Below, piece by piece: positions 59,531-64,000 of a stretch of 64,000 bases of DNA (positions within the stretch are counted from its first letter, which is position 1; every line of letters begins with the position of its first letter). The stretch is from NCBI GenBank assembly GCA_038206135.1, contig JBBRBD010000002.1, positions 2,896 to 66,895 of the forward strand, read 5' to 3'. This stretch comes from Patescibacteria group bacterium. Lineage in GTDB: Bacteria > Patescibacteriota > Microgenomatia > UBA8517. Position numbers and translations under genes: made by a program. The notes beneath the pieces were generated by a model, which had not been told where the DNA came from, ran no database searches, and was given only the letters and a program-made list of their open reading frames with translations.

Positions 59531-59848
59531 ATGATCGTGAAGTCAAGAACAATTCTGTTAGTTTTAATTTCTCTGTTTCTGGGGTTCGGACCTATGACGC
59601 AAAATGTCGTTCCACCTGTGGCGGGGCAGGACTTAGTTCAGACTGCAAACTGTACTCAAACAGTAAAAACAGTACCTGTACAGTTTTCGCCTTATGGCAA
59701 TGAAGGCATGAACGCGTACTTACTTGTATCACCAGCCACATGTAATTTGCCACATTTGTATTGTATTTACATGTTCCAAAATACTGGTGGTGGCCTATCA
59801 TGTGAGATTGTATCTCAATTAGTGGTAGATCAATTCATTACCCAGTGA
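59531..59848 (+). CDS. Cassette cargo, small secreted Cys-containing protein
   Basis: Signal-peptide-like N-terminus, 4 Cys; terminator 59880-59918. Confidence 0.65.
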   Translation: MIVKSRTILLVLISLFLGFGPMTQNVVPPVAGQDLVQTANCTQTVKTVPVQFSPYGNEGMNAYLLVSPATCNLPHLYCIYMFQNTGGGLSCEIVSQLVVDQFITQ

Positions 59849-59916
59849 AAATGGTAATCATGTAACAGTGAACGACCTTAAGTGTGAGCAATCCAAAACG
59901 GGATGCTCACACTTTT

Positions 59917-59986
59917 TTATTGCCCCAATATATAATTTTCTTCAGCTTCCATGAAATGAGTTCGAAGCGCATGAACTTGGGGGAGC
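59917..59986 (-). repeat. att-like site with tail
   Basis: Core 59979-59986; minus frame LPQVHALRTHFMEAEENYILGQ*. Confidence 0.8.
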
Positions 59987-59994
59987 TATGCAAG

Positions 59995-60067
59995 TTTGTT
60001 TACATTACTTGACAAGATGTATACAAACAACTATACTTTGTTTACATCTTAAGGGAAGTGTATACAA
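59995..60067 (+). promoter_or_regulatory. fic promoter with tandem inverted-repeat operators
   Basis: TTGACA-17-TATACT (60009-60037) with two TTGTTTACA...TGTATACAA pairs. Confidence 0.7.
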
Positions 60068-60068
60068 T

Positions 60069-61220
60069 ATGAAAAACTACACAATAGGCACAAACATCAA
60101 TCAAAAAGAAGGATTTAAAGCGTTTGTGCCAGAAGTTTTTCCTCCAAGAGAGGGTTTTGACTTTAATCCTTTTTTGCTTAAAAAAAATGACGAAGCGACT
60201 CGTCTTTTGGGGAAGTTGGATGGAATTACCAAGCTCCTTCCGGATATGGATTATTTTTTACTTATGTACTTGAGAAAGGACGCCGCATCTTCAAGTCAAA
60301 TTGAAGGAACAATGGCAACAATGGTTGATGCTATAGAAGCAGAGGTCAATGTAAATGAAAATACCCCAGAAGATGTTGATGATATCCTACATTATATTAA
60401 AGCCCTCAATTATGGAATAAAGCGAGTCACTGAAAGTGATTTTCCTATGTCCTTAAGATTTGTCCGCGAACTTCATAATGAATTGATGTTTAAAGCGAGA
60501 GCCACACATTTTTCTGATCCTGGCGAGTTTAGAAGGACCCAGAATTGGATAGGGGGAACAAGACCCGATAATGCTCGGTTTGTACCTCCACCTGTTAATG
60601 AGATGAATAGAGCTTTAGGAGAGCTTGAAGCCTTTATCCAGACCGAGGATACAACTCCGATATCCATTAAGGCAGGATTAATACATGCACAATTTGAGAC
60701 GATCCATCCGTTTTTAGATGGTAATGGGAGAACAGGGAGAATGTTGATAACTTTTTATTTATGGAAGGAAGGTTACTTAGAAAAACCAGTTTTATTTTTG
60801 TCATCTTTTTTCAAAAAACACCAAAAGCTCTACTATGAAAAACTAGCAAACTATCATGAAGGACAAATAGAGGAATGGATGGATTTTTTTCTTGATGGTG
60901 TTATTGAAATTTCAAAGGAGGCCATCGACACCGTTGCAAGGATAACAGATTTAAGAGAAAGAGATATTGTGAAGGTCCAAACCCTTGGTAAACGTGCATC
61001 TGAAAGTGCAACCAAAGTATTGCCGAATTTATACGCACAGCCAGTTGTAAATGTGGCCACTATTCGATCGTGGACGAAGTTTACTCGTGCAGGAGCTCAA
61101 CAAGTGATAGATCGTTTTATAAAGATTGGTATATTATCACCAAAAGATAAAGATAAAAAATATGGACAGTTATATATTTATAGAGAATATTTAGATATTT
61201 TTACAAAAAATGAAAATTAA
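60069..61220 (+). CDS. Fic-family protein with N-terminal inhibitory helix
   Basis: HPFLDGNGRTGR active site; SSQIEG inhibitory motif. Confidence 0.92.
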   Translation: MKNYTIGTNINQKEGFKAFVPEVFPPREGFDFNPFLLKKNDEATRLLGKLDGITKLLPDMDYFLLMYLRKDAASSSQIEGTMATMVDAIEAEVNVNENTPEDVDDILHYIKALNYGIKRVTESDFPMSLRFVRELHNELMFKARATHFSDPGEFRRTQNWIGGTRPDNARFVPPPVNEMNRALGELEAFIQTEDTTPISIKAGLIHAQFETIHPFLDGNGRTGRMLITFYLWKEGYLEKPVLFLSSFFKKHQKLYYEKLANYHEGQIEEWMDFFLDGVIEISKEAIDTVARITDLRERDIVKVQTLGKRASESATKVLPNLYAQPVVNVATIRSWTKFTRAGAQQVIDRFIKIGILSPKDKDKKYGQLYIYREYLDIFTKNEN

Positions 61221-61339
61221 TAAAATTGATTTTCATTTGTGCCCATTATATGGAGCAGAAAGACTAAATACTTAGCAGTTGCTGTGGCTGCTCAAGGTCT
61301 AATTCAGATTGAAATGCCATCTTTGTTGTCTGTTAGAAG

Positions 61340-61379
61340 TTAAACTAATTTCTTAATTACTTCGTCAACTGCGGGGAGT
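61340..61379 (-). repeat. Probable distal att site (array boundary)
   Basis: CGGGGAGT core; minus frame LPAVDEVIKKLV*; ordinary chromosomal genes resume afterwards. Confidence 0.45.
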
Positions 61380-61495
61380 AATGGGATCGCGGGTGATTCT
61401 TCTTTGTTTTTGATTATAGAGCTGGAAACTAGAACGACTTTTATATATTGTCATTCTCATAGTCGTGAGTATCACCAAAAACTGCTTTCTTTTCT

Positions 61496-63028
61496 TCAGT
61501 GGCATTTAACGGTTTTATCAGTTTCATACCCTTGCAGTACAATTTGTCCCCGATTGTCTTTTACATCGAAAAAACTTTTTAGATTGTGTTCCTGTATCTG
61601 ATCAGGGGAGAGAGCCAAAGCATCCCCAACGAGCACTTCATTTTTACATAAGTCCTGTTTCCAGTTGATGGGTCGCACTTCAACATTTCCAAAACGAACC
61701 TGACCGCTTAAATTGGTATCGCTGTAATAGTTTCCGATAAAAGGGTTTTCTTTTTGATATAACATTGGAGAGTACTGAGACCAAAACAAAATTAAAATAT
61801 CTGGAATACCTCGAGTGTTATCAATAACAAATTGTTTTGATGGGTTCTCCAAAATCACTTTCGTAAGCTGCTGATATCCAGAGTTCCAAGCGGTCGCTCT
61901 TTCTACGGGGAAAAGAATAAAATATGAACGCCAAAGCAACACTGCGGAAAAGATGGCAAGGCTCCCCAATAACATAATTCGCACGCTGGTTCGTAAGTGT
62001 AATAGTATTTTGTCAGTTCCAACTGCTATTACTATTGAATACGGAAGAAGAAGGGGCAGTGCCCGCTGTGTTGAATAACTAACATTAGATAGAGCTGCGG
62101 GAAGAGGCATCACAATCATCAATAGAATTAAATACTGAAAAAATGGCTTTTTCTTGTTTGTGTAAATCGTATATAGACCTGCAAGCCAGGGAATAAACAT
62201 CCATGAATAAAATACTGCAATTTGAGGCACTGATCGTTGAAGATCATAATCTTGGCTATAAAATAAATTGAATGGGGAGAAATATGAAAAGTAATGTTCT
62301 AAAAACTGACTTGGTGGGGTAAAACTATTTTTTACCCAGAATGCTGGAGTAAATATGAAAATAATATTTGGAATTTGAATAATAAGCGCGATAATGATTG
62401 CCTTCGAAAGTTTTTTTAACGGGTGTTTTTTGAAATAGAAAATACTATAAATTATAAGAATTATCAAAGGAGCCAAATACCGTTCTGTAAAACCTGCATA
62501 TGTTGAAAGTGAAAGCAATGTTAACGAAAGTATCGGTTTTTTATAAAACAGAATTCCCAAAGAGAGCAGTGCAAACGCAAATGTTGTTTCATATCCAAGT
62601 CTGGCGTTGAATAGAGTCCAGGGTGACATAAGGAAAAACACTACTGAGATAATCCCCATGTATTTTATTGATAGGATCTGTTCTCTTTTTAAAAACCAGT
62701 AAAGCGCCGTTCCTACAGAAAGCATTGAAAATACAGATGGAAGTCTGATTGCAAATGCGTTCAATCCAAAGATTTTTACAAACAACACTTCTACATATAC
62801 AAATAACCCCGGAGTGTATGAGTTAAAAAACTTGAAATAGATTGGAAGCACTTGTCCATAATGATCTCTAACGGTATTCAACAGTGAATAGGCATCATAA
62901 CCAACCACTGCCTCATCTACATATATCCCAGATGGTACTGAACTTAGATGATATATATACAAGAGAAACCCGGAAATAAGTACAAGTATTATTAAGAGAT
63001 TATTTTTTAAGTATCGATAGAATGCCAT
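61496..63028 (-). CDS. GT-C glycosyltransferase (ArnT/PMT_2 family)
   Basis: YVDEAVVGYDAYSLL, AIRLPS, SPWTLFNARLGYE. Confidence 0.85.
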   Translation of the reverse strand: MAFYRYLKNNLLIILVLISGFLLYIYHLSSVPSGIYVDEAVVGYDAYSLLNTVRDHYGQVLPIYFKFFNSYTPGLFVYVEVLFVKIFGLNAFAIRLPSVFSMLSVGTALYWFLKREQILSIKYMGIISVVFFLMSPWTLFNARLGYETTFAFALLSLGILFYKKPILSLTLLSLSTYAGFTERYLAPLIILIIYSIFYFKKHPLKKLSKAIIIALIIQIPNIIFIFTPAFWVKNSFTPPSQFLEHYFSYFSPFNLFYSQDYDLQRSVPQIAVFYSWMFIPWLAGLYTIYTNKKKPFFQYLILLMIVMPLPAALSNVSYSTQRALPLLLPYSIVIAVGTDKILLHLRTSVRIMLLGSLAIFSAVLLWRSYFILFPVERATAWNSGYQQLTKVILENPSKQFVIDNTRGIPDILILFWSQYSPMLYQKENPFIGNYYSDTNLSGQVRFGNVEVRPINWKQDLCKNEVLVGDALALSPDQIQEHNLKSFFDVKDNRGQIVLQGYETDKTVKCH

Positions 63029-63470
63029 AGATTATAGAAATAATGAGAAATGGATATAGACAATAAAACCCTGAAGGTTGATTTGGTCCAATATACGTTA
63101 AAACAAGAACTGAAATGAAAAGTCCGGTGAAAAGATAGTAATACGAGTTGCGCTTTACCAAAGTGAAGAATCCGATAAATACAAAAGGAATGGTAATTGG
63201 AGGAAGCAACTTGAGATTAAAGATATTAAAAAAATTACTTTCTAATTTGAAGTATAGTCTGCTCTCGGGTCTGTTCTCAATAATGTTTGCAACGTGATAA
63301 TACTGTGGGGGATAGTCATGCATTCGCTGTACTTGTTCAATTCTTTCAATTTCATTTTGAAACAACAGCGAAGGACCTTTATATGAAACAAGTTGTACAA
63401 CGGAGAGAAAGATTGCTAAAAGAGAAAACAAAATTAATATTGGCTTCTTCTCAAGAAACTTAAACTGCAT
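63000..63470 (-). CDS. Hypothetical membrane protein
   Basis: Several TM segments, coupled to the GT-C gene. Confidence 0.65.
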   Translation of the reverse strand: MQFKFLEKKPILILFSLLAIFLSVVQLVSYKGPSLLFQNEIERIEQVQRMHDYPPQYYHVANIIENRPESRLYFKLESNFFNIFNLKLLPPITIPFVFIGFFTLVKRNSYYYLFTGLFISVLVLTYIGPNQPSGFYCLYPFLIISIIYGILSILKK

Positions 63471-64000
63471 TTGTAAAGTATACCCAAAAAAAGGTGTGGA
63501 TATCCCTGATTTGATCTGTCTACTTAATAGTAGATTGAGCTATCCAAATAGGAACCAATGAACTAAAAAAAACGTATTTTCACGGACCAATTTTAAGCGC
63601 CACAGTATGACGAGCGTATGTCATATAAAAAGCACCCTTTTTGAGGCTAAGAGGTCGAAATTTTTAATCTCTATACCTTCTAAAGAAGAGGGGAATAAAC
63701 ATAACACCCCGAGCAGGGGTGTCTAAATAAAACAAACAGAACAACTAACAACAACTTTTAAACAAAATAAATAACTATTGCTCTATCTCTAAATCTAACG
63801 CTTTCTCATTACATACAAAATATAAAAATTCTTAAAATATCAAAAAGTAATACTCTCATAAATCTCTGGATCACTTATCTTTCAAAGAAAAAAAATACAA
63901 ATGATTAATAGAAAAAATCTTGGAGAATACTTACTAAGTGGAACATACTAATAAAAATTGCATTGGGGATAAGTAATTATTTTTGTCTTCGTAACGCTAG

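Larger units (their letters stand above)
45915..61379. mobile_element. tRNA-Asn-anchored tandem array of integrated cassettes/elements
   Basis: Direct repeats of the tRNA 3' end (GGGGGAGC or variants) at 45915, 52195, 52779, 53260, 55526, 58377, 58952, 59406, 59979, probably 61372 and possibly 46151; serine recombinase remnant spans the 55526 site. Confidence 0.8.

Noticed and set aside
61251-61256. TGGAGC as another att core
   Set aside because: Short match and the resulting peptide (LHIMGTNENQFY) does not resemble the other tails.
45915-61379. CRISPR array or classical integron
   Set aside because: Repeat spacing is hundreds to thousands of bp and includes genes; no cas genes, no IntI tyrosine recombinase, no attC-type palindromes seen.
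63480-64000. Replication origin in the AT-rich end of the window
   Set aside because: Only one imperfect DnaA-box-like match noticed and no dnaA or dnaN context.
1-64000. Alternative genetic code (TGA read as Gly)
   Set aside because: Conserved genes are full length under the standard code, with no in-frame TGA interruptions.

Overview
AT-rich bacterial chromosomal window using the standard genetic code. Gene content (VirB4/PrgI/VirB6-like genes, many TrbC/VirB2-type pilins, GT-C glycosyltransferases, leaderless-looking housekeeping genes) suggests Patescibacteria (CPR), probably Microgenomates; this is an inference. The left part is a T4SS-like/pilin locus interrupted by an E2-JAB-E1 ubiquitin-like operon whose only candidate modifier is a 67-aa acidic peptide ending RTWG. 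The middle holds housekeeping genes: tmRNA-smpB, zur-znuACB, dnaG-rpoD, galE and 8 tRNAs, including unusual Ser(ACT) and Arg(GCG). The main result is at 45.9-61.4 kb. Downstream of tRNA-Asn lies a tandem, integron-like array of about 9-10 units, each delimited by a copy of the tRNA 3' end (GGGGGAGC core). On the minus strand each core opens a short frame; several are clear variants of the C-terminal tail of a large serine recombinase remnant. The clearest units read core, promoter, cargo gene, terminator, tail. Cargo includes a biosynthetic cluster with mycothiol-like logic, a Ppx/NDT plus DNA glycosylase pair, a Fic gene and an IS630-disrupted gene. All assignments come from reading motifs by eye; no database search was run.
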